Of a DNA stretch of 25,938 bases, positions 1 through 8,051 are shown in pieces. The translations under genes and the position numbers were made by a program. This stretch comes from Planctomycetota bacterium (GTDB taxonomy: Bacteria; Planctomycetota; UBA11346), in NCBI GenBank assembly GCA_038213805.1, contig JBBQSO010000075.1, positions 1 to 25,938 of the forward strand, read 5' to 3'. Positions within the stretch are counted from its first letter, which is position 1. Each line of letters opens with the position of its first letter. The notes below the pieces were generated by a model, which saw only the letters and a list, made by a program, of their open reading frames with translations, searched no databases and was not told the origin of the DNA.

Positions 1-154
1 GCGGCACAGGTCCTGCCACCTCGAAATGAGGTGCATGCTGGGCGAATCGTGATGATCCACGGACATCCCCAGATCGGGTCCCAATGGTCGTGCATTGCCG
101 CTGAGCCTGCTGTGTCGCCCACTCCGTGGGCTGGCCCGCAGGCACTCCGCGCGA

Positions 155-340
155 CCCAGGGCTTGGGGCCCTGGGCTACGATGTGTCGCCCGCTCCGCGG
201 GCTCTGAGTGGCTGCGATTCGACTGACTTGTGGGTAATGGGTAGGGCTGGGGCCCTGGGCTACGATGTGTCGCCCGCTCCGCGGGCTCAGAATGCCTGCG
301 ATCCGACTGATTTGTGGGTAATGGAAGGGCGTTGCCCTGG
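155..340. repeat. REP-like tandem repeat: two ~77-bp copies with an 84-bp period plus a partial third palindrome
   Basis: TGGGGCCCTGGGCTACGATGTGTCGCCCGCTCCGCGGGCTC...GACTGA(C/T)TTGTGGGTAATGG occurs at 164-240 and 248-324. There is a hairpin CCCAGGGC-TTGGG-GCCCTGGG at 155-175 and a partial AGGGCGTTGCCCT at ~326-338. The block is intergenic, downstream of the esterase stop. Confidence 0.85.
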
Positions 341-407
341 ACGACCTGTCTGGTCGCGTCGTCAACGCTCACGGCTTGCGCCCACCATGCCACTCCACAC
401 CCCCCTC

Positions 408-1304
408 CTACTTCTTCTTCGCCCCCTTTGGCACCGTCAGATCGAACAGCTTGCAATGCCAGATGAACCCGTCGACCCCGACATCGTGGTAGACCCGTCC
501 GGTGTCGTGCCCGATGCCGGGCAGGATGTGGTACTCGTGCGGGATGGCGAGTTCGGTGAGCAGCGCGTCCATGCGGCGATTGCGGTCGAAGTGCGGATCC
601 TTATCGCCAAGCACCAGCCAGATACCGACCCCGGTCTTGAGCTGGGCAGCGTTGGCGCGCGCGAAGTGCCAGGCTGAAGTGGCGTCGAACTGCGCGATAT
701 CGTCGTTGTGCATCTGCTTGAACACCGCCGGCAGTTCGCGTTTCAGCTCGGCGCCGCTGGCCAGGCCGGCGGCATAGCCGATCGCCGATGAGAACAGCTC
801 CGGGAATTTGTACGCGAACAGCAACGCGCCCTGCCCACCCTTGCTGAAGCCCTCGATCGCGCGCGCACCCTTGAAGGGCAGCGTGCGATAGGTCGCATCA
901 ATGTGCGGGATGAGCTCCTTGATGAACACCGTCTCGCCCATCACCGAACCGTCCGGCGCATCGACATAGCCGCTCTGCGAGCCGCACATGGCGTGCACGT
1001 AGATGAACGGCGGGATCTTCTGGTCATGGATCGCCGCGTCGAACAACCCGAACGAGCCCATGTTGTCGTTCTCGTTGCCGCCACGCCCATGCAGATAGTA
1101 GAGCACCGGGTAGGCATGTGCGGAATCCTTGGCGTAGTCCTCGGGCAGGTAGATGTTATAGCCGACCTCGGTCTTCATCGAGGCGCTCTTGAAGGTGTGG
1201 TGCTGGACGTTCTTCGTCAGGTTTCCCGGCGGGTTGTTCCAGCTCTCAGCGCGCAGCGCGCCGACAATGAGAAGCAGGAGGAGCACGGTACGCAGCAGAG
1301 GCAT
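408..1304 (-). CDS. Secreted alpha/beta-hydrolase fold esterase (putative esterase / Fes-XynC-like family), 298 aa
   Basis: The start is re-called at ATG 1304 (MPLLRTVLLLLLIVGALRA, a signal peptide). Motifs: IYLPxxY, YPVLYYLHGRGG, FIKELIPHIDATY, nucleophile GFSKGG, GDKD and GIGH. The ORF-track extension to 1796 translates the microsatellite. Confidence 0.88.
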   Translation of the reverse strand: MPLLRTVLLLLLIVGALRAESWNNPPGNLTKNVQHHTFKSASMKTEVGYNIYLPEDYAKDSAHAYPVLYYLHGRGGNENDNMGSFGLFDAAIHDQKIPPFIYVHAMCGSQSGYVDAPDGSVMGETVFIKELIPHIDATYRTLPFKGARAIEGFSKGGQGALLFAYKFPELFSSAIGYAAGLASGAELKRELPAVFKQMHNDDIAQFDATSAWHFARANAAQLKTGVGIWLVLGDKDPHFDRNRRMDALLTELAIPHEYHILPGIGHDTGRVYHDVGVDGFIWHCKLFDLTVPKGAKKK

Positions 1305-1341
1305 GGGGACTCCGGGGACGGGGGAAGGGTCGCAGGGCGGA

Positions 1342-1418
1342 AGGCACGAGGCACGAGGCACGAGGCACGAGGCACGAGGCACGAGGCACGAGGCACGAGG
1401 CACGAGGCACGAGGCACG
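1342..1418. repeat. Perfect heptamer microsatellite (AGGCACG)x11
   Basis: 11 exact copies counted directly from 1342 to 1418, followed by a partial AGG. Confidence 0.97.
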
Positions 1419-1667
1419 AGGACAGCGGCGAATACGGATGCCCTGGCTGGTCCGTTGACTGGAATCCCATGCGCATCGCGTCTTGCGAGCACCCTTGGGA
1501 TTCCCACGTCCGCCAGGCCTGCAACCCAGTGAAGCACGCTCCCATGGAACCGCCTTACGACCCGGAACGTTGCTCACCTTCCGCCATCCGGCGACCCCCT
1601 GCAGGATCCACCCTGAATCCATGGGGAGTGCCAATTCCGTCCCGCCGCATTTCCCGCCCCTCCCCCG

Positions 1668-1682
1668 GATGCAACCGCAAGA
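1668..1682 (+). promoter_or_regulatory. Possible Ada box upstream of ada
   Basis: GAT-GCAACC-GCAAGA is one mismatch from the E. coli Ada operator AAT-N6-GCAA, which is also followed by GA at the E. coli ada promoter. It lies ~45-60 bp upstream of the ada start. Confidence 0.35.
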
Positions 1683-1726
1683 ACCGGAGTGCAGCCGCCG
1701 CTTCCGCTCGCCAGCATGCCGCCACC

Positions 1727-2833
1727 ATGCCCAGCATCGCCATGCCCGTTTCGCGCATCCCCACCAGCCGTGCTGCGACGCCTCACGCCGCCGCAACCAC
1801 GCTCTGCGACCCGCGCTGGGCCGCGGTGATCGCGCGCGACCGCGGCATGGATGGCAACTTCGTCTTCGCCGTGCGCACGACCGGCGTGTATTGCCGCCCC
1901 TCGTGCCCGTCGCGCCGCGCGCGCCCGGAGAACGTCACCTTCCACGCCACGCCAGCGCATGCCGAAGCCGCCGGCTTCCGCGCCTGCCGCCGCTGCCACC
2001 CCGATCAGGCCGCGCACGCGCACGCCGCGACCGTGACGCACATCTGCCGGCTCATCGCCACCAGCGACCCGGTGCCGTCGCTCAGCGCGCTCGCGGCCGC
2101 GGCCGGCCTGAGCCCGCATCACTTCCATCGTGTCTTCAAGGCCATCACCGGCGTGACGCCGAAAGGCTATGCCGAGGCCCACCGGGCCGGGCGGGTGCGC
2201 GCGGAACTCACTGCGCCGGGATCCGTAACGGGCGCCATCTACGCGGCTGGCTGGCAGTCGAGCGGCCGCTTCTACGCCAAGTCGACCGCTCTGCTCGGCA
2301 TGACGCCCACCAGCTTCCGTCGCGGCGGCGCCGGTGAGACGATCCGCTTTGCGGCCGGCAGCTGTTCGCTCGGCACCGTGCTGGTCGCGACCAGCGCCAA
2401 CGGGGTCTGCGCCATCCTGCTCGGCGACGACGCCGCGACCCTGGTCCGCGACGTGCAGGACCGTTTTCCACAGGCTGAACTGTGCGGCGACGATCCCGCC
2501 TTCGCCACCTTGGTTGCGCGTGTGGTCGGCCTCATCGACGCGCCCGGACACGCCCTGGGCCTGCCGCTCGACATCCGCGGCACCGCCTTCCAGCAGCACG
2601 TCTGGCAGGCCCTGCGCGCCATCCCCAGCGGCAGCACCACGACCTATGCCGCCCTCGCCGCGCGCCTGGGCAGCCCACGCGCGGTGCGCGCGGTCGCTGG
2701 CGCCTGCGCCGCCAATCCGCTGGCGGTCGCCGTCCCCTGCCATCGTGTGGTGCGCAGCGACGGCGGGCTGGCCGGCTACCGCTGGGGCCTTGAGCGCAAA
2801 CGCGTGCTGCTGGACCGGGAGGCGGAGAGCTGA
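1727..2833 (+). CDS. ada: Bifunctional Ada: transcriptional activator / O6-methylguanine-DNA methyltransferase
   Basis: Ada Zn-binding domain (AVRTTGVYCRPSC...GFRACRRC), AraC-type HTH (LSPHHFHRVFKAITGVTPK), GTAFQQHVWQAL and active-site PCHRVV. The start is ATG 1727 or 1742, not 1469. Confidence 0.96.
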   Translation: MPSIAMPVSRIPTSRAATPHAAATTLCDPRWAAVIARDRGMDGNFVFAVRTTGVYCRPSCPSRRARPENVTFHATPAHAEAAGFRACRRCHPDQAAHAHAATVTHICRLIATSDPVPSLSALAAAAGLSPHHFHRVFKAITGVTPKGYAEAHRAGRVRAELTAPGSVTGAIYAAGWQSSGRFYAKSTALLGMTPTSFRRGGAGETIRFAAGSCSLGTVLVATSANGVCAILLGDDAATLVRDVQDRFPQAELCGDDPAFATLVARVVGLIDAPGHALGLPLDIRGTAFQQHVWQALRAIPSGSTTTYAALAARLGSPRAVRAVAGACAANPLAVAVPCHRVVRSDGGLAGYRWGLERKRVLLDREAES

Positions 2834-2980
2834 GGAGTGGTTTGTGGCACACCACCCAGCCTACGACCTGCGCGCCATCCTCCACCGCATCGGTCCAACC
2901 CAGAGATGATGCATTTCCAGCAATGATCGGACCGGTGACACCGCAATTGCAGGTCTGATTGGTGCGGATCCAATCAGCGC

Positions 2981-3658
2981 ATGCCCGCCATCCCCGTCAG
3001 CGATTTCAACGCCCCCGCCATCCGCCGCCACTTCGCAAAAGTCGACCCGGTGATGGCGCGCCTGCTGATCGCGAACGGGCCATGCGCGATCCTGCGCCCG
3101 GAGCGCGGCGGCTCGCCCTACGAGGCGCTGGGCAGCGCGATCATCCATCAACAGCTGCACGGCAAGGCCGCCGCCACCATCCTTGGGCGGGTCAAGGCCC
3201 TCGCTGGCGGCGACGGCAAGCGCTTCCCAACCCCGGCCGGGCTGGGGACGCTCAGCGATGCCGCCCTGCGCGGCGCCGGCCTGTCCGGAAACAAGCTGCT
3301 CGCGCTGCGCGACCTCGCCGCCAAGGCGCTCGACGGCACCCTGCCATCGACGCGCGCCATCGTCCACCTCCCGGACGAGGAGATCATCGCGCGCTGTACC
3401 GCGGTGCGCGGAGTGGGTCGCTGGACCGTCGAGATGCTGCTGATCTTCCGCCTCGGCCGGCCCGACGTGCTGCCGGTCGATGACTTCGGGGTGCGCAACG
3501 GGTACCGCCTCGCCTACGCACGGGCGGGCATGCCGACGCCGAAGGAATTAGCGAGGATCGGGGAGATGTGGGCGCCGTGGCGGAGCGTGGCGGCGTGGTA
3601 TCTGTGGCGGGCGGCGGATGCGGAGAAGGTCGCTCGCATCCAGTCAAAGAAGTCGTGA
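2981..3658 (+). CDS. alkA: DNA-3-methyladenine glycosylase II family (HhH-GPD), short form, 225 aa
   Basis: IIHQQL, HhH motif VRGVGRWTVEM, catalytic region DVLPVDDFGVR, and C-terminal WAPWRSVAAWYLW. It lies directly downstream of ada. Confidence 0.93.
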   Translation: MPAIPVSDFNAPAIRRHFAKVDPVMARLLIANGPCAILRPERGGSPYEALGSAIIHQQLHGKAAATILGRVKALAGGDGKRFPTPAGLGTLSDAALRGAGLSGNKLLALRDLAAKALDGTLPSTRAIVHLPDEEIIARCTAVRGVGRWTVEMLLIFRLGRPDVLPVDDFGVRNGYRLAYARAGMPTPKELARIGEMWAPWRSVAAWYLWRAADAEKVARIQSKKS

Positions 3659-3757
3659 GAAGCAGGGCTTACGGCGACGACCTCTCCGTACGAGCGGCTG
3701 GAAATAGGCTTTAGGTACGAGCAGCTCGGGACCTGATACGAGCGACGTTGGCAAACA

Positions 3758-4207
3758 TCAGACCATTCCCCAGCCAAGCGGCAGCATACATAGACTGAAC
3801 GTGATGAGCAGGTATCCCAGACACAGGACTAGCGTTCCTGTTCCACATACGACGGTCGGCCAGGATGTTCCCCGTGACGTTGCAGCAGCGAGTGGACCAA
3901 GCGCCGCGCACACGGCCAATCCCCACGCTATCAATCCGATGCAATAGGGGTCGTGCTTCCACAGCCAGGAGGTACAAGGCCGGAACTGAAGCAGGTAGGG
4001 GTCGTTTGGACCAGACCAAATACCCGAATCAGTCGAGAAGGTATGGATGGCGAAGCAGATGCTACATGTCACGGCAATGATGATCAGCCCGCAAATGATG
4101 ACAAAGTAACGGTCAGTACGCGGCGAGGGCTGGATCGCGTACGATCCCACGTGCAGGCATCGTGCCAGAATCGATTTGCGCATCAGGTCGCTCCAACCGG
4201 CTAGCAT
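3758..4207 (-). CDS. Hypothetical small membrane protein (about 3 hydrophobic segments); start uncertain
   Basis: Hydrophobic runs FVIICGLIIIAVTCSICFAI, IGLIAWGLAVCAALGPLAAA and VVCGTGTLVLCLGYLLITFSLCML. It fills the lower-GC gap after alkA, and no family was recognised. Confidence 0.45.
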   Translation of the reverse strand: MLAGWSDLMRKSILARCLHVGSYAIQPSPRTDRYFVIICGLIIIAVTCSICFAIHTFSTDSGIWSGPNDPYLLQFRPCTSWLWKHDPYCIGLIAWGLAVCAALGPLAAATSRGTSWPTVVCGTGTLVLCLGYLLITFSLCMLPLGWGMV

Positions 4208-4320
4208 TGCGGCTCATCCCAGTGGAAGTTTCTGCCGTCAGAGAGCCATGGCAATGCACATGCGGTAAATGCGGGGAGCCGATTCGAGTGGCCAATTGCC
4301 AAGAAGAAGTGCGGCATGAG

Positions 4321-4416
4321 AAAGGACATACGAATTTCCCCCTATCCGACCCCCCGATCACTCGCCACGCATGGGCGGTTGCCTAGTCGGGATTGGGTAG
4401 AATGCGTATGTTCTTG
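4321..4416. repeat. 96-bp imperfectly palindromic element, copy 1
   Basis: AAAGGACATACGAATTTCCC...GTAGAATGCGTATGTTCTTG. It aligns ungapped to 5140-5235 with 74/96 identities, and its terminal 20-mers are 14/20 complementary. Confidence 0.88.
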
Positions 4417-4551
4417 GTTGTGCCCTGGGAGCTGCGACTGTTCGGAAGGGAGATTTCCCATAATCCATTCCTTGCAGACGGCGGCTGATGAGAAAGCTGC
4501 CATATCGATGCAGAAAAGACGTGAAAGACGGAGCGTACCCGGTGACTGCCT

Positions 4552-5118
4552 ATGAAGACGCGTGATAGCGGCATGCCCGAAGAGGATCGCTGGAACTCCT
4601 TCTTCGACCCCGAGGCCACCCTCAGGGCGCTGGGACTCGACGTTGCGACCGGCCTCGTGGTCGATGTTGGGTGCGGGTATGGTACCTTCACCTTGCCGGC
4701 CGCGCGGCTGACCGGCCAGCGGGTAGTGGGCATCGACATCGAGGCTGATCTCGTCCGGCAGCTTGACGCCAAGGCCCGCTCGCTCGGGCTGTCCGTAGAG
4801 GGCATCGTGCGGGATGTGGCCCATGATGGCTTGGGCATGGCTCCTGGTACGGCGGACATCGTCTTGCTCTTCAATCTCCTGCACTGCGAAGAACCGCTCG
4901 CCCTTTTGCGCGAGGCGCATCGCGTATTGGCCCCCGGTGGGCGTGTCGGTGTCATCCATTGGCGCAGTGATGTGCCTACGCCGCGTGGGCCACACCTCGC
5001 GATCCGGCCTCAGCCCGCAGCGTGCCGGAAATGGTTGCTTGAATCAGGATTCGAGCTGCATCGGGAGCCCGTGACCTTGGAGCCGTTTCACTTCGGCTTG
5101 ACTGGGCGCCGCCACTAA
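4552..5118 (+). CDS. Class I SAM-dependent methyltransferase, 188 aa
   Basis: Motif I VVDVGCGYG, acidic motif VVGIDI, ADIVLL and LLREAHRVLAPGGRV. Confidence 0.92.
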   Translation: MKTRDSGMPEEDRWNSFFDPEATLRALGLDVATGLVVDVGCGYGTFTLPAARLTGQRVVGIDIEADLVRQLDAKARSLGLSVEGIVRDVAHDGLGMAPGTADIVLLFNLLHCEEPLALLREAHRVLAPGGRVGVIHWRSDVPTPRGPHLAIRPQPAACRKWLLESGFELHREPVTLEPFHFGLTGRRH

Positions 5119-5139
5119 CGCACGGAACAGAGCCAGATA

Positions 5140-5235
5140 AAAAGACTTGCGCATATCTCCCTGCCCGACCGCCCGATTGCTCGCCACGCTTGGGCGGTTG
5201 CCGAGTCGGGATTTAGGGAAATTTGTATGTCCTTT
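5140..5235. repeat. 96-bp imperfectly palindromic element, copy 2
   Basis: Direct repeat of 4321-4416 (offset 819). Its right end GGGAAATTTGTATGTCCTTT is the reverse complement (19/20) of 4321-4340. Confidence 0.88.
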
Positions 5236-5245
5236 ATTGTGTTGC

Positions 5246-5380
5246 GTCAGGCTGAACAACGAGACCGGCTGGCGCGACGGGCGCATCACCGATGCCTTCA
5301 CCTTCCGCAACGGCAAGGTCATCCAGTGGCGCACGTTCACCAATCACCGACAGGCCTCCGCATGGGCTGGCGTCGATTCC
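5246..5380 (+). pseudogene. 5'-truncated fragment of a SnoaL/NTF2-like protein
   Basis: VRLNNETGWRDGRITDAFTFRNGKVIQWRTFTNHRQASAWAG resembles the C-terminal strands of SnoaL-like proteins (..DVFTFRDGK..MRxF..AL.WAG). The upstream in-frame sequence is the 96-bp repeat, so there is no N-terminal half. Boundaries are approximate. Confidence 0.6.
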
Positions 5381-5596
5381 TCGGCGAACGCGGCAGACAC
5401 CACGCACCATGACGCCACGGCCAGACCCTGCCACCTTCGGCAGGAGGCTGCAGCAGCTGAGTCGCATCCGTGGCAGACGGCAGGTGCGGAGAATCCTGCT
5501 CGCATCAACACCAAGACGAAGTGACGTCAGGGACTTACGACAGCCACCTACCGATACGGGCGGCGGGGATTACGCTGTCGGAGATTCTGGAGGAAA

Positions 5597-6649
5597 ATGC
5601 TGTCATCACTGCCTGCATTCATGGCATCGATCCGACTCCCCAGCCTAACCGATGCGGATCTGCGCAAGAGCCTGGGAGCGGTGCTGCGAGATGCCAAGTC
5701 TGAAAACCGCCTGGATGAGGCGGTCATCGAACTCAGCCGTGCGTTCGACGCCCCCCTTTCGGTCGCCCCCCTCTTGGCCATCGCCTGCGGATACCTGGTT
5801 GAATCAGGCGCTGCTGCCGAAACTCTGGAGGAACCACTGCGGATATTCATCGAGCGTTTGGCACACGGCGCGACGCGATTCTACGATCGATGCCTGGCGA
5901 CAATCCCCCAGGACAGCGAAGACGAAGCGGAATCCTTCGAACAAGCCCGCGCGCAGTTGGCCCCGTCGGACACAGCAGGCGCAGACGCATGGACGGCCTT
6001 GTCCGAGTGCTATTTGGCCGCCATCGCGGTAACGTCACGCAGCCCAGAGATCCGCAAATCCTGGAAGTCCACCTTGCAGGAGTCCATGCGGCGCATGTCT
6101 GCGTTCTCATCGGGTGCGCACTGGCTGGACCGGATGCTTGCCGTTCTCGATGACGAACCGTTCGTGGTCATCGAACCGTCCAGCGGCCGGGGCATCTGCG
6201 GGCGCATGACCGGAATCTCGGAGAATTTCCAGCTGAACGTCCTGCTCATGGACGCCTTTCCACGTGGCCTGCTCGAGCAACCCCGGATCTCGCAACGAGC
6301 GGTCGCCGTAGCAAGCGGGATGGCGGCGCAGTCGGACAAGGAGTCCCTGGTTGGATGCTGGAATCTCTACACGTGGCAGGGCATCCGTCAGGCGTCGCAG
6401 CCGGAAGCGCCGAGGTCACCTGCCGACAATGCCCAATGGATCTGGAATGAAGGCGTGCCCGCCGACATCCCGGTGCTGGCCGGACAGCGGGTGATCCTGC
6501 TTGGACCAGCGAGCTATCCGCGCAGCTGGAACAGCCAGCGTGATTTCTCCGCTTTGCGCGCCAGCCTGCTCGTCGAGCGGCAGCTGACCTCCCGCGAATC
6601 GGCCGAGTGGCAGGATCGCATGGTCCACGCCTCGCGCGTTCAGCGGTAG
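5597..6649 (+). CDS. Hypothetical protein, 350 aa
   Basis: Long ORF with a GGAGG RBS before the ATG and protein-like composition (C-terminal WIWNEGVPADIP...SYPRSWN). No function was recognised. Confidence 0.75.
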   Translation: MLSSLPAFMASIRLPSLTDADLRKSLGAVLRDAKSENRLDEAVIELSRAFDAPLSVAPLLAIACGYLVESGAAAETLEEPLRIFIERLAHGATRFYDRCLATIPQDSEDEAESFEQARAQLAPSDTAGADAWTALSECYLAAIAVTSRSPEIRKSWKSTLQESMRRMSAFSSGAHWLDRMLAVLDDEPFVVIEPSSGRGICGRMTGISENFQLNVLLMDAFPRGLLEQPRISQRAVAVASGMAAQSDKESLVGCWNLYTWQGIRQASQPEAPRSPADNAQWIWNEGVPADIPVLAGQRVILLGPASYPRSWNSQRDFSALRASLLVERQLTSRESAEWQDRMVHASRVQR

Positions 6650-6662
6650 AAGATCACCAGGC

Positions 6663-8012
6663 CTACTTGGGCGGGCCGGCATGGTCAGCGTCCAAGCGCC
6701 GCCTCACGCGCTCAAGACGCTCTCGCTGATTGGGAGTCAGGCGAAGCTTGATCACGGCATCGATCTGGTCTTCACTCGCCGAATACGCAATCAGCCCCTC
6801 GGCCTTCTCACGTTCACCCATCGGCGGCGCCGGCAGGCGGCCGTCTTCGAAACGGCTGATCAACTCCTCCACCACGACCGGATCGCGGAAACACATGGCG
6901 AGCGTCAACGCCACCTCTCCACGCACCCACGGTTCGCGGTCATCGAGTCGCGTGACCAGCAAGTCGCGCAGGCGATCGTCGCCCTGCACACTCAATAGAC
7001 CCAGCAAGCGCGCGGCGACGGCACGCACACCGGGTTCTGGACGATCAAGGGCGACCAGCAGAGGCGCTTCGGCATGCAGGTCCGCTGGCCATGCACCTTC
7101 GTTGAGAGCATCCATCGCGAGACGCACTACCCGCTGGCGCTGATCCCCGGCCACGATGGCTGACAGCGCCGTGAAGGCCGCAGGTGTTCGGCTCCGCCGC
7201 AAGGCATCGAACGCCCCGAAGAGGACTTCGAACTCGAGGTCTTTCTCAGCCACCACGCGCATCAAGGGCGCGACCTGGCTCGCATCATCGGGAGTCCCGA
7301 GTCCCTGCAGCGCGGCTACACGCAGGGATCGGAATGGGCTGTTGAGCACAGCCAGCCTGCGCGTGATGATCGCTGGATCGTTGACACCCCCCAGCGATTC
7401 GAAGGCGCTCTGCTGCACCGCGGCAGATTCATCCTCGGTGGCGGCAAGTAGCGCCTGCCGCGCGCTCGGAACATCGGTTCCAGCGAGTGCGGAAGCCGCC
7501 CAGATCCGCGCCTCTTCCTGTTCGTCACCTCTCAGCAACTGGACCAACTGCCCGGTGAGGCTTGCCGGCAACCGCCCTTGGGTCTCATGTTGAATATGCC
7601 TCACTGCGTTCGCAGCGTAGACACGCACCCACGGATCATTCGCCCGCAGCAGGCGTTCGAGTGCCGGGAAGGCGGCCGACGACCACTCGTCCAATCGTCT
7701 GTAATAGGCGACGATCCCATCGGAACGCATGCTCTTGTCGGCCTGCGCACGGACTATCGGCTCGACCCAGGGGGAATGCTCAACCACCCATTCCGGCGCC
7801 ACATGAGGAAGCCCGAACCACATCGTCAGCCAAGCCATGATCACCAGACAAATGCTGCAACCAGCCCAGAGGAATGTTCCCGACGCTCGTCTGCGGATGT
7901 GCGGTACGGCAGGAAGCATGCCTCTTACGATGGCATGGCGGAGTTGGCCTGCCACAGCAGAGATCCGACGGCTATCGGTATGAGCGGTTGGGATCGCTCC
8001 ATGCAACTTCAT
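6663..8012 (-). CDS. Membrane-anchored HEAT-repeat (PBS-lyase-like) protein; start uncertain (8042/8012/7919)
   Basis: One N-terminal hydrophobic helix (FLWAGCSICLVIMAWLTMWFGL), then repeated HEAT units: DPWVRVYAANAV, EEARIWAASALA, DESAAVQQSAFESLG, EPGVRAVAARLLG, DREPWVRGEVALTL. Confidence 0.8.
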   Translation of the reverse strand: MKLHGAIPTAHTDSRRISAVAGQLRHAIVRGMLPAVPHIRRRASGTFLWAGCSICLVIMAWLTMWFGLPHVAPEWVVEHSPWVEPIVRAQADKSMRSDGIVAYYRRLDEWSSAAFPALERLLRANDPWVRVYAANAVRHIQHETQGRLPASLTGQLVQLLRGDEQEEARIWAASALAGTDVPSARQALLAATEDESAAVQQSAFESLGGVNDPAIITRRLAVLNSPFRSLRVAALQGLGTPDDASQVAPLMRVVAEKDLEFEVLFGAFDALRRSRTPAAFTALSAIVAGDQRQRVVRLAMDALNEGAWPADLHAEAPLLVALDRPEPGVRAVAARLLGLLSVQGDDRLRDLLVTRLDDREPWVRGEVALTLAMCFRDPVVVEELISRFEDGRLPAPPMGEREKAEGLIAYSASEDQIDAVIKLRLTPNQRERLERVRRRLDADHAGPPK

Positions 8013-8051
8013 GGACAGGCCATGTCTGGTCACGGTCGCCACCCCGGTGAG

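Noticed and set aside
1..66. Possible 5' start of a minus-strand gene (MSVDHHDSPSMHLISRWQDLCR) leaving the window
   Set aside because: Only 22 codons are visible, so it cannot be supported or assigned.
155..340. CRISPR array interpretation of the 84-bp period repeats
   Set aside because: There are only two units, the would-be spacers are also nearly identical, and no cas genes are present.
903..1796. ORFs with HEARGTR / VPRASCL peptide repeats and N-terminal extensions of the esterase and ada
   Set aside because: These are translations of the stop-free heptamer microsatellite and intergenic DNA. Real starts are indicated by the signal peptide (1304) and the Ada domain (1727/1742).
4321..5235. 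Integron attC sites or a conventional IS
   Set aside because: There are no RYYYAAC/GTTRRRY termini at the repeat ends, no integrase or transposase ORF, and no target-site duplication. It is kept as an unexplained element instead.
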